Shown: one piece after another, positions 46,300 through 56,355 of the stretch
Layout: each line of letters begins with the position of its first letter
How positions within the stretch are numbered: the stretch's first letter is position 1
DNA from: a candidate division WOR-3 bacterium
GTDB lineage: Bacteria > Hydrothermota > Hydrothermia > B15-G9 > WFZT01
Assembly: GCA_027053075.1 (NCBI GenBank)
Contig: JALUEE010000086.1
Span: 20,910 to 84,909, forward strand
DNA length: 64,000 bases
Reading direction: 5' to 3'
Notes under the pieces: model-generated
What the model was told of the DNA's origin: nothing
The model's database searches: none
Seen by the model: only the letters and a program-made list of their open reading frames with translations
Program-made: the position numbers and the translations under genes

Positions 46300-47048
46300 G
46301 CTGATTTCCTCCTTTTACTGTATCTCTCACCAAGATATGCCTTGATCACTTCCTCATTCTGAGCGATTTCTTCTGGAGTCCCTTCGGCTATTTTTGTCCC
46401 AAAGTGCATTACCATAATGCGATTGGAAAGTCCCATGACAGCCTTCATGATGTGCTCAATCATTATCACGGTGACACCTTTCTTATTGATGTCCCTTACA
46501 AGATTCATGATTTTTTCCATCTCCGCGGGATTTAATCCAGCCATCACCTCATCGAGGAGCAACACCTCAGGCTCGAGTGCAAGTGCCCTTGCGAGCTCAA
46601 TTCTTTTTAGTTGTGCAAGATTCAGGTGATCAACAAGCTCATCCTTCTTTTCAGCAAGACCGACGAGTTCGACAATCTCTTCTGCCCTCTCTTTTGCCTC
46701 ATTGAACTTTGAATAATTTCCGTGTCCAAAAAATGCTCCTACCATAACGTTTTCCAGTACCGTCATCCCTTTAAAGGGTTTAACGATCTGGAAAGTTCTT
46801 GCTATCCCAAGTCTTGCAATGTAAAAGGCCTTTTTACCTGAAATCTTCAGATTACGGAAATAAATCTCGCCGTCTGAAAGAGGAAGCAGTCCCACGATCA
46901 GGTTCATTAATGTCGTTTTTCCTGCTCCGTTGGGGCCAATTATCCCAAATATTTCTCCTTCATAAACATCAAAGTCCACCGAATTAACGGCGACAAGACC
47001 ACCAAACTTTTTGGTAACTCCTCTACCTTTTAAAATGACCTCGCTCAT
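46296..47048 (-). CDS. livG: Liv-type ABC ATPase (LivG-like)
   Basis: FGGLVAV, GPNGAGKT, LLDEVMAG, AYLG. Confidence 0.92.
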   Translation of the reverse strand: MSEVILKGRGVTKKFGGLVAVNSVDFDVYEGEIFGIIGPNGAGKTTLMNLIVGLLPLSDGEIYFRNLKISGKKAFYIARLGIARTFQIVKPFKGMTVLENVMVGAFFGHGNYSKFNEAKERAEEIVELVGLAEKKDELVDHLNLAQLKRIELARALALEPEVLLLDEVMAGLNPAEMEKIMNLVRDINKKGVTVIMIEHIMKAVMGLSNRIMVMHFGTKIAEGTPEEIAQNEEVIKAYLGERYSKRRKSA

Positions 47049-47995
47049 ATCATATTCTCCTTGATGTTCTGAACAAGTCTCTTCCATGAAAATCCACCGG
47101 TGAAAAGATCGAGGAACCCTTTTGGAATCAGGATCACTGTGAGGATAATGATGATGCCGAGCACTATTCCGTGGATGCTGACAAATTTACTCCATACAAG
47201 CTCTGTGATAAGTTCAAGAATTACAGCACCGATTATAGGCCCGTAGACGGTGCTTGCACCTCCAAGCAGCATCATTACAAACATTTTAACAGAAATAATT
47301 GGGTCAAAGACTGTCTCGGGATCGATATAGCTAATCCAGTAGGCATAAATACTTCCCACCAGTGCGGTAAACATAGCCGAATACGCCCATGCCAGGGTCT
47401 TGTAGTAGGGGGTATTTATCCCCATAGCAAGAGCACCATCTTCATCGACCCGAATGGCCCTGAGGCCAAATCCAAACCTGTTTCTCTCAAGCCATATGGT
47501 AAATAAGACTGAGAGCACGAGTGCAATGAGGAATAGGAAATAGAAATAAGTATAAACGGCGTGAGGGCTTGCGCCTTTTTTAAGAGGAAGAGTGAGCCCT
47601 TCAGCAGCTCCCGCAATCTTCAGGTTGTTTACTACCTCCATAGTGGCTACATTCACTCCAAGAGATGCAATGGCGAAGTAGTGACCTCTAAGTCTCAAAA
47701 CGGGAAGACCTATGATGACCGAAAAGAGTACTGCAGTGACGATTGAAGGAATGAGTGTAAGGTAGAATCCGAATCCGTGGTTCATGAGAATTGCAGTGAC
47801 ATAGGCTCCAATTCCGAAGAATACAACATTACCAAATGCTGGATAACCTGCATAACCTGCGATGATATTGATTGCCTCCGTCATGGTGGCAAACATAATG
47901 ACACCGGTCAAAATTCTGAGCCAGTATCCACTCAAAAACGGAGGCAGGATAATTAAAAGTACGAGAAAACCAAGAGGAATTAGATGCTTTTTCAT
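47045..47995 (-). CDS. livM: Liv-type ABC permease (LivM-like)
   Basis: LRLRGHYFAIASL, multiple TM helices. Confidence 0.9.
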   Translation of the reverse strand: MKKHLIPLGFLVLLIILPPFLSGYWLRILTGVIMFATMTEAINIIAGYAGYPAFGNVVFFGIGAYVTAILMNHGFGFYLTLIPSIVTAVLFSVIIGLPVLRLRGHYFAIASLGVNVATMEVVNNLKIAGAAEGLTLPLKKGASPHAVYTYFYFLFLIALVLSVLFTIWLERNRFGFGLRAIRVDEDGALAMGINTPYYKTLAWAYSAMFTALVGSIYAYWISYIDPETVFDPIISVKMFVMMLLGGASTVYGPIIGAVILELITELVWSKFVSIHGIVLGIIIILTVILIPKGFLDLFTGGFSWKRLVQNIKENMI

Positions 47996-48006
47996 GATTT
48001 AACCTC

Positions 48007-48870
48007 CTAACCGTAGTATTTTTTACCGAGCAACCCTCTTGGTCTTGTAACAAGGATAATTACAAAGAGGGTAAAGGTAACCACATTTTTAAAGCTCTCG
48101 CCAAGGTAAAATGCTGAAAATGTCTCGATTATACCGAGGATTATACCGCCCAGGAATGCACCTTCCACGCTTCCAAGTCCCCCAAGGATAGCGACAACGA
48201 AGGCACGTAAGGTAATTCCGCCACCTACTGCAGGATTAAAAGATTGCATCACCGCGAGAAGAGAGCCAGCTGCACCAGCAAGCGATGCCCCGATACCAAA
48301 GGTTATAGCGTAAGTTTTTCCAGGATTCACTCCCATCAGCCTCGCGGCCATCATATCAAGCGCGACAGCCTTGATCGATTGCCCTGTTTTGGTTCGATCG
48401 AGGAAATAAGCCGTCAGGATCGTCAGGATCAGAGCTGCCACAAATCCGAGGAGTCTCGTGTATGGGAATAGATATCCGCCAAAAATTAGAGATTTTCCCT
48501 GGTATGAGGTGGCAATTGAGCGCCAGTCAGCAGACCACATGACAATCATGAGCTGAGCGAGAAGCACGTCCATTCCGAAAGTCATGATCAGGGTGAGGAA
48601 CACGTCAGCTTTAATAGCAAGGTTGAATATGTACCTCTGCATCAGGTAGCCGATAATGAAGAGGGAAAGCATTACAAGAGGGATAGAGACGAATGGATCA
48701 ATGTGGGCGTACTGGAAAATCCAGAAAGAGATGTATGCCCCGAGGATTACAAGAGACCCGTGGGCAAGGTTTATCAAGCTCGTTACTCCCCAGACTATGG
48801 AGAATCCCAATCCAATCAGTCCATAGACCCCGCCTAATAATATACCGTTTATCAGGATCTGTATAATCAT
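48007..48870 (-). CDS. livH: Liv-type ABC permease (LivH-like)
   Basis: INLAHG, AILGGLGS, RPRGLLG. Confidence 0.9.
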   Translation of the reverse strand: MIIQILINGILLGGVYGLIGLGFSIVWGVTSLINLAHGSLVILGAYISFWIFQYAHIDPFVSIPLVMLSLFIIGYLMQRYIFNLAIKADVFLTLIMTFGMDVLLAQLMIVMWSADWRSIATSYQGKSLIFGGYLFPYTRLLGFVAALILTILTAYFLDRTKTGQSIKAVALDMMAARLMGVNPGKTYAITFGIGASLAGAAGSLLAVMQSFNPAVGGGITLRAFVVAILGGLGSVEGAFLGGIILGIIETFSAFYLGESFKNVVTFTLFVIILVTRPRGLLGKKYYG

Positions 48871-48997
48871 ACAATGTCCTCCAAGATGTGTCGTTTTCTA
48901 AAAGAGCAGACTCTTACTTCGATTTGTGTATTTTTTAGGTCGGTAGCAGAACATGTCAAGAATTTGAGGATGAGGAATTATTCGAGAAAATGCATTG

Positions 48998-49531
48998 TTA
49001 AATTTCGAGGACAGTTACGTTGTTATTTGTATATATACAAATCTCGGAAGCTATGCGGATAGCCTCTTCAGCTATATCACGGGCATCCAGGTCTGTATGT
49101 TTAACCAGGGCTTTTGCAACTGCCTGTGCGTATGGAGCACCTGAACCAATGGCAATAATTCTATCATCTGGTTCGATAATCTCACCAGAGCCCGATACAA
49201 GAAATGCGTGCTCCTTATCAAGTACAATCAAAAGAGCCTCGAGCCGTCTCAAAACACGGTCCTGCCTCCAGTCCCTTGCGAGCTCTACTGCTGCTCTCGG
49301 CAAGTTACCGTTGTATTCTTCAAGTTTCTCCTCCATCCTCTCAAAAAGAGTAAGGGCATCTGCTACGGCTCCTGCGAATCCGGCAAGAACTTTCCCCTTG
49401 TAAATTTTCCTCACCTTTTTCGCCGTGTGCTTGACTACTGTGTCTTCGAGCGTAACCTGGCCATCACCTGCGATAACCGCTTTTCCTTTGTGAATCAATC
49501 CTATGACCGTAGTTCCTCTGAATTTACTCAC
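48998..49531 (-). CDS. hslV: ATP-dependent protease subunit HslV
   Basis: GTTVIG (N-terminal Thr nucleophile), GDGQVT, GFAG, AIGSG, ICIYTN. Confidence 0.97.
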   Translation of the reverse strand: MSKFRGTTVIGLIHKGKAVIAGDGQVTLEDTVVKHTAKKVRKIYKGKVLAGFAGAVADALTLFERMEEKLEEYNGNLPRAAVELARDWRQDRVLRRLEALLIVLDKEHAFLVSGSGEIIEPDDRIIAIGSGAPYAQAVAKALVKHTDLDARDIAEEAIRIASEICIYTNNNVTVLEI

Positions 49532-49964
49532 TTTCTCTCTCCCTCACAATCATAACCGGGCATTTGGCGTGAGTTGCGACCTTCTGGGAAACACTTCCAA
49601 GCAGAGCACCGGCGAGTGCTGATATACCACGTGACCCCATGATGATGAGGTCTACCTTCCTCACGTCTGCAACTGTAAGAATCGCCTTGTGTGCAGGACC
49701 TTCCAGAATCTCTATTTCGTAATCAATATTATTTTCCTCTAAAACCTTCGCGGCCTCTTTGGTGATTTTTTCGGCTTCAAGTGTGCTTTGCGAAATAATT
49801 TTTTCTCTGTAAGGTGAGCCAATATACTCTGGAACAAAGGGAAATGCATGGAGGATGAAAACCTTTGAATTAAACTTTTTGGCAATCTCAACCACATGCT
49901 TTAAGGCCTTTTTTGAACATTCTGAACCATCAGTTGGATATAAGATTTTCTCGTACATCATCAA
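49524..49964 (-). CDS. Universal stress protein
   Basis: [23 protein letters not shown]. Confidence 0.93.
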   Translation of the reverse strand: MMMYEKILYPTDGSECSKKALKHVVEIAKKFNSKVFILHAFPFVPEYIGSPYREKIISQSTLEAEKITKEAAKVLEENNIDYEIEILEGPAHKAILTVADVRKVDLIIMGSRGISALAGALLGSVSQKVATHAKCPVMIVRERESE

Positions 49965-50029
49965 CCTCCTTTTTCTTTATTTTAAAAGCTATTTCCCCAA
50001 CGGGCAAGTAAAGTTATAATTTGGCACTC

Positions 50030-50998
50030 ATGAATACATGGATAGAAAAATGGGGCGGTAGAAGGTACAACAGCTTTAACCATCACCTCAAGATGGTGTT
50101 TGGCGAGAAAGTTTATCGCGTGGCAATAGATGCAGGATTCACATGTCCCAACAGGGACGGCCTTCTGGCCTACGGGGGCTGTATCTACTGTGATGAAGCT
50201 GGCTCCAGGGCTTCATATGTGGAGCCAGAAAGGCCGGTCAGGGAGCAATTGCAAAGTGGTATTGAACTTCTCTCCAGAAGGTACAATGTGAAAAAATTTA
50301 TTGCATATTTCCAGAGTTTTTCAAATACCTATGCATCCGTAGAAAAATTGAGAAGTCTTTTTGATGAAGCTCTATCTGTTGATGGCGTCGTAGGAGTATC
50401 TGTTTCCACAAGGCCTGACCTCCTGCCCGATGAAATTCTCGATTTACTGGAAGAGTTTTCGAAAAGTACGTACCTGTGGCTGGAGATTGGGGTCCAGTCT
50501 ATACATCTCAGGACACTCAAAAAGATAAGGAGATTTCACGGTGTCGCGGAGATAGTTGATTCCATTTTGAGGGCAAAGTCAAGAGGGATAAGAGTTCTTG
50601 CCCACGTAATTCTTGGACTACCCGGTGAAAGTGAATTTGAGATAATAGAAACAGCAAAGGTATTATCAGCTCTTGGCATTGATGGTGTTAAAATGCATCA
50701 TCTCTACGTTGTTGAGGGAACAGAACTTGCCAAAATTTATGGAGCAGGGAGACTAAAGGTTTTTGAAACTCCTGAAGATTACGCTCGTGTAGCTGTAAGA
50801 TTTATCGAACATCTATCCCCTGAGATAATTATTCACAGGCTTGCCGGTAAGGCAGAAAAGGGCCTTATAGCGCCGAAATGGACTTCCAACAAATTCCTTG
50901 GCATCCAGGCAATTGAGAAAATGCTTGAGGAGAGGGATACCTATCAGGGGCGACTTTCGCAAATAGGAATTCCATACAGGATCATCGCGGGGAGATGA
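50030..50998 (+). CDS. TIGR01212 (YhcC/YtqA) family radical SAM protein
   Basis: DAGFTCPNRDG...GGCIYC, YFQSFSNTY, TRPD, DGVKMH. Confidence 0.93.
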   Translation: MNTWIEKWGGRRYNSFNHHLKMVFGEKVYRVAIDAGFTCPNRDGLLAYGGCIYCDEAGSRASYVEPERPVREQLQSGIELLSRRYNVKKFIAYFQSFSNTYASVEKLRSLFDEALSVDGVVGVSVSTRPDLLPDEILDLLEEFSKSTYLWLEIGVQSIHLRTLKKIRRFHGVAEIVDSILRAKSRGIRVLAHVILGLPGESEFEIIETAKVLSALGIDGVKMHHLYVVEGTELAKIYGAGRLKVFETPEDYARVAVRFIEHLSPEIIIHRLAGKAEKGLIAPKWTSNKFLGIQAIEKMLEERDTYQGRLSQIGIPYRIIAGR

Positions 50999-51132
50999 TG
51001 TCTATACGTTTGGTGAAGATTTCACCGATGGTGAAAATCCCCGTGTACGAAGTGCGTGGCAAAGTTGACAGGTAGTTGTGCCTGAGCAAAACCTGGTCTA
51101 AAGATTTACTATTTGTGCTTACTCACAGACCT

Positions 51133-51350
51133 CCTCTCCCCGCATAAAGTTTTTGCGGGGAGAGGATGAAGGTGAGGGGCTACAACTGACAAATTTTCAG
51201 TCAAAATCCGTAAAACTCCCTCTCCCGCTTTGCGGGAGAGGGTTGGGGTGAGGGTTACATCTTAAATTTTTAAAGATTTCAAGCGGAAAGCCCTCTCCCT
51301 AAATCACTCCCCACAGGCTCTGCCCGTGTGGGAGGGGATATTTTTTATCC
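51133..51350 (+). repeat. Composite BoxC/triplex-type repeat module
   Basis: Two CCCTCTCCC/GGGAGAGGG hairpins, each followed by GGTGAGGG, then TTCAAGCGGAA and a third hairpin; homologous to 54101-54268 and 54476-54650. Confidence 0.75.
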
Positions 51351-51650
51351 CGCGTACGGTGCGCGGAAAGAAGGAGGGCAAGTTCTCAACTTTGAGGTGC
51401 AGATATCATCTTACTTTGCTGGCTAAGCGAGAAGAAAGCTCTTCCCCCTTACCGTTGGGCAGAATGGAATGGGTGGACGATACGGTTTTGGATTTGTCCG
51501 TGTTGACCGCACATGTATATTTATATCCTCAGTGATCTATTTGACACTTCAAAGCTCGAAAAGAATTGACGAGCTGAAACTTTCCCGCATTCTGGGTAAT
51601 TTGACTCATTTCACTTTATAATAAACCAAATTCAAATCTGGAGGTCAGGT

Positions 51651-52598
51651 GTGAAGAAGATTTTGGTACTTCTCCTCATGATTTCAGCAATAGGATTGCC
51701 TGGTGCAGCCAATGGCAAAATTGGCTTTGTGGATATGAAGAGAATAGCAAACGGGTATTATGACCTGAGAGATGCGAAAAGGGAGCTGAATGAAAAACTT
51801 AGAGAGTGGGAAGCGAAAAGAGATAGTATAAAAGCTGAAATAGACAGCCTGGAGAGAGAGTTTGACAAACAACTGCCGATGCTCACGGCGGACGAAATCC
51901 TCAGAAAAGAGCAGGAGATTTCACAGAAAAGAAGGGAATACAACAATTACATCAAAAAAATATGGGGTAAAAACGGAGAACTCGAAAAATACACCCAGAA
52001 GCTTGTTCAACCCTACGCTCAGCGTGTCAAAGAGGTGATCGGGCAAATTGCAAAGGAGATGGGCTACGAGGCTATTTTAGACAAATCATCAGATGTGGTT
52101 CTTTATATAAGCAGCAAGGATGATATAACTCAGGCTGTGCTTCAGGAGTTAAACAAGGGAGCGGCAGTTGCCGCAGGGGGTCGAAAGAAGATTCTTGTTA
52201 TCTTCCCCATGAAGGAAATGAATTCAGAGGCCCATGCCGCTGGCCTTGGCGGAAAGATTCAGAAACTGCTCTACAATGGCTTTAAAGGAAGCTATAAGTT
52301 TGACGTTAAAGACCTGAAATTAGTTTATGATGCCATCCAAAGCCAGGGGATTACTTCTTACGAAAATATGACATTCAACATTGCATCAAATCTGGCCAAG
52401 CAACTTGGGGCAGACTATTTTGTATTCGGAAATGTCAGGCTAAGAGGGGACCAGATTGAGCTTACAGTGGACATGTACCGTTCATCAGATGACAAAAAAA
52501 TCCTCGAGGAAACAGCTACATTCAGAAATGAGGATATTGAAATTACATCCAACTGTGCCCGCATAGCCCATGCAATGATAATGAAGTTCAAAGAATAG
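51651..52598 (+). CDS. OmpH/Skp chaperone fused to a C-terminal CsgG/FlgO/TolB-N-like domain
   Basis: Signal peptide, KIGFVD, coiled coils, GYEAILDK...DITQAVL (Skp); then ILVIFP...LAKQLGADYFVFGNV...GDQIELTV. Confidence 0.8.
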   Translation: MKKILVLLLMISAIGLPGAANGKIGFVDMKRIANGYYDLRDAKRELNEKLREWEAKRDSIKAEIDSLEREFDKQLPMLTADEILRKEQEISQKRREYNNYIKKIWGKNGELEKYTQKLVQPYAQRVKEVIGQIAKEMGYEAILDKSSDVVLYISSKDDITQAVLQELNKGAAVAAGGRKKILVIFPMKEMNSEAHAAGLGGKIQKLLYNGFKGSYKFDVKDLKLVYDAIQSQGITSYENMTFNIASNLAKQLGADYFVFGNVRLRGDQIELTVDMYRSSDDKKILEETATFRNEDIEITSNCARIAHAMIMKFKE

Positions 52599-52655
52599 TT
52601 CCAGCCCTTTGGGTAGCTTTTAAAAAAGATTTAAAAACTTCAGGAGGTTATTCAA

Positions 52656-54071
52656 ATGGTCAGATTTTTGCTCGTAATTGTCTTTTTCCTACCTCTAATG
52701 GCCCAGACTACCTGGAGCAGGACCTATGGTGGGAGTAATGAAGATGCTGGATTTGCCGTGGCAAAGACACACGATGGGTTTGCTATTACAGGGATTACCA
52801 ATTCCATGGGAAATGGAGATTACGACCTCTATCTCATCAAGATTGACGAGAATGGGGATACAATGTGGACACTCACCGCGGGTGGAACTGACTTCGACGC
52901 AGGAGAATGTGTGATTGAGACACCGGACCAGGGAATTCTTGCCTCCGGACTGACCTATTCCTTTGGAGCTGGCAACTCCGATGTTTTTATCGTAAAAACA
53001 GACTCATTGGGGAATATTCAATGGCAAAAAACTTACGGTGGGGCCATAGCCGATGAAATTTATTCGATAACCCCTTACCGCGACGGGTATATGCTTGCGG
53101 GACGAACCTATTCGTATGGGGCGGGAAACTTTGATGTTTATCTCATTGCAATTGATTACAACGGAGATACCCTCTGGACAAGGACTTATGGTGGAGCTAT
53201 AACAGACGGGGCAAATTCCATCAAACCCACGGCCGACGGCGGCTTTGTAGTTACAGGTTACACTTATTCCTATGGTCACGGGAATTACGATGCCTACGTG
53301 TTGAAGCTGGATTCTCTCGGTAACCTTCAGTGGCAGACATTTTTAGGTGGTTCAGATGACGATGTTGGAACTGATGCCGTTGAAACGGCAGATGGAGGAT
53401 TTTTGATTGCAGGCTACTCCTACACTTTTTCAAACGGGGCAGATGATTTTTATGTTGCAAAAATTGATTCTCTTGGAAATCTTATATGGCAGAATCACTA
53501 TGGAGGTTCGAGCTCCGAGAGGGCTTTCAAAATTGAGAAATTGCCCGGTGAAAACTTTCTCATCGGCGGATACACGTCGTCTTTCGGGCATGGCGGAGAT
53601 GATGCCTACTTCATTGCCATCAATTCAAGCGGGAATCTCGTGTGGGATACCACTTTTGGTGGTAGTAACGACGATGGAATGAAGGATTTTGTTAAAACTC
53701 CAGCAGGCGACTTTGTTTTTGCTGGACATACTGAGTCTTTCGGTCATGGTGGTGCTGATGTCTATGCGGTTAGATTTGGCACAAGTGTGGGTATTGACGA
53801 AGAGCCTGTGAAGTCTCCATTTGATTTTCAGGTTACTGGCAACCTTGATGGGCACTTCAGGGTTAGTTTCAGTCTCAGGCCCGGCACCCCTTACAGGTTA
53901 GATGTCTTTGACATTGCAGGAAAGCGCGTTGCGAGGATCAAGAGTAGTGTCTCCGGGAACGGGATTACGGAATTTCGCTGGCAAGCCTCTCTCCCGTCAG
54001 GAATTTACTTCATAACCCTTTCGGCTCCGGAATTTAAAATGGTTAGAAAGATTGCCATAGTGAGATTTTAA
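52656..54071 (+). CDS. Secreted 7-repeat beta-propeller protein with T9SS-like CTD
   Basis: Seven WxxxxGG repeats; CTD VFDIAGKRV...LPSGIYFI...RKIAIVR. Confidence 0.85.
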   Translation: MVRFLLVIVFFLPLMAQTTWSRTYGGSNEDAGFAVAKTHDGFAITGITNSMGNGDYDLYLIKIDENGDTMWTLTAGGTDFDAGECVIETPDQGILASGLTYSFGAGNSDVFIVKTDSLGNIQWQKTYGGAIADEIYSITPYRDGYMLAGRTYSYGAGNFDVYLIAIDYNGDTLWTRTYGGAITDGANSIKPTADGGFVVTGYTYSYGHGNYDAYVLKLDSLGNLQWQTFLGGSDDDVGTDAVETADGGFLIAGYSYTFSNGADDFYVAKIDSLGNLIWQNHYGGSSSERAFKIEKLPGENFLIGGYTSSFGHGGDDAYFIAINSSGNLVWDTTFGGSNDDGMKDFVKTPAGDFVFAGHTESFGHGGADVYAVRFGTSVGIDEEPVKSPFDFQVTGNLDGHFRVSFSLRPGTPYRLDVFDIAGKRVARIKSSVSGNGITEFRWQASLPSGIYFITLSAPEFKMVRKIAIVRF

Positions 54072-54100
54072 TCTTTTGGAAATCCACCTACCTTAATCTC

Positions 54101-54650
54101 CCCTCTTCCGCTTTGCGGGAGAGGGTTGGGGTGAGGGTTTACATTTGAAATTTTTTAAAATTCAAGCGGAAGGCCCGCTCCCTTGCCCATCCCCACAAGC
54201 TTCGCTTGTGGGGATGGGATTTCTTTTGTTTTTGTAAGTGGATGTAAGAAAAAGATCACATTAGAAATAGAAGCCCTGATTTTTACCTGCAACCCCAAAC
54301 TTTTAAACCCTGCTTTAATACTTTCACCATTCTCCCCTAACCCCTCCTTCCAGTGGAAGGAGGGGAACTTCGGTTTGCAGAGAGTGAAACTTGAAAGATG
54401 CAGGGACTATAAGAAATGATTACGCGAGAAGATATTTCCCAACCAAAAAAATTTTCGTTAGGATACAAAAAACTTCCTCTCCCCGCATAAATACCTGCGG
54501 GGAGAGGTTTGGTGAGGGGCCACATTTTGAATTTTTTAAGTTTTCAAGCGGAAGGCCCGCTCCCTTGCCCTTCCCCACAAGCTTCGCTTGTGGGGAAGGG
54601 AGTTCTTTTGTTTTTGTAAGTGGATGTAAGAAAAAGGTCGCATTAGAAAT
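54101..54650 (+). repeat. Two near-identical ~170-bp composite repeat modules (54101-54268, 54476-54650) flanking an inverted triplex-type unit
   Basis: Shared TTCAAGCGGAAGGCCCGCTCCCTTGCCC(A/T)TCCCCACAAGCTTCGCTTGTGGGGA...TTTTGTAAGTGGATGTAAGAAAAAG. Confidence 0.85.
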
Positions 54651-54695
54651 TCCTAAATTGCAATAGCATCCCTAAATGCTTTGCTTACACTGTCT

Positions 54696-55676
54696 TCAAA
54701 TTTTTGAATCCAGCGCGGCGAGGAATTTTTTCAACTGCTCCTTTCGCATTTTTCTGAGTTTTTTGCGTTCCTCGGCCTCTTTCCAGAGCCGGCGTTCAAA
54801 CTCAGACTTCGGTGTGTATGGTGGAAGTGGGGCAGGCCTGAAATTCTCGTCAATGTGGACAAAAGTCAGGAATGCCGTTGATGTGTGCCTGACCTCACCC
54901 TTTGCAGGATTCTCACCAAATATATTCACCCCTATTTCCATAGACGAGCGTCCGACGTAGTTGAGATATGCGTTCATTGTAACAATCTCTCCTACTCTCA
55001 GCGGTGAATAAAAATCCATGGCATCGAGGGAAGCGGTAACCACAGCCCCTTTTGCATAGCGAAGGGCTAAAATGGCCGAGACCTGGTCGAGGTCCAGCAT
55101 GAGTTTGCCCGCAAACATTAGCCTTCCAAATGTGGCATCCTCAGGCATTACGATCTTTGATACAGACACCTTATATTGGGTCTCCACATTAAAAAGCTCT
55201 TCAGCCCTCAGTGGGACTTTGTTCTTCAGCCTTTTTAATCTCTGCTCCCGTCTTTCCAGGGCAGCCTCGAAAATTTCTGTCTCATCTTTATCAGGCTCAA
55301 TCTTCACCGGAACCTCTCTTGGTCTTCCCTCGCTATCAATGGCAACATAAGCCATGTGGGATGAAGTGGTAATCTTTCTCTCTCCTGTATGGGGATTTTC
55401 TGAGTGAACCACAATGCCCACTTCCATGGAGCTCCGGCCAACGTATTCGACCTGGGCATCCAGAATGGCAATTTCACCAATCTTAATAGGGTTTATAAAA
55501 TCAATGTCGTCCATAGAGCCGAGCACAACGGGCCCCCGTGCCACACGGGAAGCTGCCATGGATGATGCCGAGGTGAGCCAGTACATCAGCCTGCCACCAT
55601 AAAGTCCACCTAAAATATTGGCGTGCTCCGGGAGCACTAACTGAATCATCTCAACGCGGGTGTCTTTGATATGCAT
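54696..55676 (-). CDS. Double-hotdog acyl-CoA thioesterase
   Basis: PEHANILGGLYGG, VGRSSME present twice; likely start MHIKDT. Confidence 0.9.
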   Translation of the reverse strand: MHIKDTRVEMIQLVLPEHANILGGLYGGRLMYWLTSASSMAASRVARGPVVLGSMDDIDFINPIKIGEIAILDAQVEYVGRSSMEVGIVVHSENPHTGERKITTSSHMAYVAIDSEGRPREVPVKIEPDKDETEIFEAALERREQRLKRLKNKVPLRAEELFNVETQYKVSVSKIVMPEDATFGRLMFAGKLMLDLDQVSAILALRYAKGAVVTASLDAMDFYSPLRVGEIVTMNAYLNYVGRSSMEIGVNIFGENPAKGEVRHTSTAFLTFVHIDENFRPAPLPPYTPKSEFERRLWKEAEERKKLRKMRKEQLKKFLAALDSKI

Positions 55677-55677
55677 T

Positions 55678-56355
55678 CTATTTCTTCTTGCGGAAGAAAG
55701 AAAAGACCTTCTTGAGCCCCTTCTTTTCCTCCTTTTCTTCTTCCTGAACCTTTTCTTCCACGGCCACAGGCTCTTCCTTCTTCTCTGATTTTTCAGCGGA
55801 AGCTGAAACAATTTTCTCAAGAACTTCCCTTCTCTTCTCCTTCACATTTTCCATTTCCTCTGGCAGGCTGAATATGTCTGTTTCTAACTCGTCGGGCTTG
55901 GGCCCCACCATTTTAAGCACTTTGAGAGCCTCAGGGTCAACGAGTCCATGGGGACGATAAAACTCGTAGGCTCCCCAGAGGAGCTTCAAGACCCTCTGGG
56001 GCTTTTCATCATAGAGTGAGGTTCCCATGTCCTGAGCACGAGCGGAAAACTCAAGAATTACCTGGTCAAACATCTCTGGAGGCATCTCAGGTAGCCTTGC
56101 TGCTTCCACGATCCCGAGTTTCTTATCCACAATCATATATCCACCCCGAACGTTACCCCTTCTTGTGAGTCTTGCAATCACATATAAAAAATCATCGGAC
56201 CTTTTGTAGTCCGTTATTTTTGAAGTAAAAAGCCTTGCAAGGTAGGGCTTCTCCTGTTCAACTGCCCTTGCCCTCTTTAATCTTTCCTGTTTTTGCTTGC
56301 GTTTCTTTAATTTTTTCTCAACGGATTTCTTTTTCTTCTTGGGTTTCTTTGCCAT
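55678..56355 (-). CDS. Hypothetical protein with Lys-rich N-terminus and Glu/Lys-rich tail
   Basis: SD GAGGAG before MAKKPKK; fills the gap in the operon and overlaps the 3' end of aspS. Confidence 0.7.
   Translation of the reverse strand: MAKKPKKKKKSVEKKLKKRKQKQERLKRARAVEQEKPYLARLFTSKITDYKRSDDFLYVIARLTRRGNVRGGYMIVDKKLGIVEAARLPEMPPEMFDQVILEFSARAQDMGTSLYDEKPQRVLKLLWGAYEFYRPHGLVDPEALKVLKMVGPKPDELETDIFSLPEEMENVKEKRREVLEKIVSASAEKSEKKEEPVAVEEKVQEEEKEEKKGLKKVFSFFRKKK

Noticed and set aside
54101-54650. Possible CRISPR array or small repeated ORFs (54183-54419, 54391-54666)
   Set aside because: Only two long copies, no regular repeat-spacer period and no cas genes; the ORFs are repeat translations
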